Made by a program: the position numbers and the translations under genes
IMG/VR virus record: IMGVR_UViG_3300028394_000094
Coordinates: 1-54,763 of that record
Direction: 5' to 3' (one strand)
Source of the DNA: a virus
Taxonomy: Duplodnaviria; Caudoviricetes
Length of the DNA: 54,763 nucleotides
Notes under the pieces: generated by a model
The model's database searches: none
Seen by the model: the letters and a program-made list of their open reading frames with translations, nothing else
Told to the model about the DNA's origin: nothing
Part shown: piece after piece, positions 54,663-54,763 of the stretch
How positions within the stretch are numbered: position 1 is the stretch's first letter
How the letters are laid out: every line of letters starts with the position of its first letter

Positions 54663-54763
54663 AAAATATAGTAATTCCAGTTACTGAACCTACACTCAAA
54701 GTTAAATATAAACCTTCTTTTGCTACAATCCCTTCACCGGGAATTAATATACAAGTTGTGTTT
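54655..54763 (-). CDS. Partial virion protein (C-terminus only)
   Basis: ...LIPGEGIVAKEGLY...TIFYG-stop; enters from beyond the window. Confidence 0.6.
   Translation of the reverse strand, partial: NTTCILIPGEGIVAKEGLYLTLSVGSVTGITIFYG

Noticed and set aside
1-54763. tRNA genes, introns/inteins, alternative genetic code
   Set aside because: No cloverleaf seen in intergenic gaps; TerL, PolA and helicases are uninterrupted; genes tile well with the standard code

Overview
Most of the genome of a tailed dsDNA phage with a podovirus-type layout (internal ejection proteins, nozzle/adaptor genes, no tape measure or sheath seen); IHF-like boxes suggest a proteobacterial host. Terminase genes (1-2371, minus) diverge from a control region (2372-4200) holding sigma70-type promoters, terminators and an iteron/IHF-symmetric origin-like element. 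A plus-strand early/middle region (2.8-16 kb) has many small genes and a DUF3150-like/AAA+/HEXXH-vWA triad. A replication block follows (PolA, Cas4-like nuclease, SNF2 helicase, putative SSB, primase-helicase; 16.2-25.3 kb). It converges on a minus-strand virion/lysis block (25.4-54.8 kb). Portal and major capsid genes were not seen and presumably lie outside the window. Main unexplained signals: (1) a ~70-nt candidate small RNA at 25321-25392 whose hairpin loops are complementary to two classes of the phage's own RBSs; (2) a palindrome AGTAA-NN-TTACT found 12 times between 2.7 and 13.1 kb, mostly inside genes, and not exactly elsewhere, within a 16.6-kb GATC-free zone; (3) a cassette-like array of small genes joined by a repeated stop/start junction; (4) an AT-rich GHKL-ATPase/HEXXH module inside a 2593-aa putative ejection protein. 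All counts and family calls are by eye, with no database searches.
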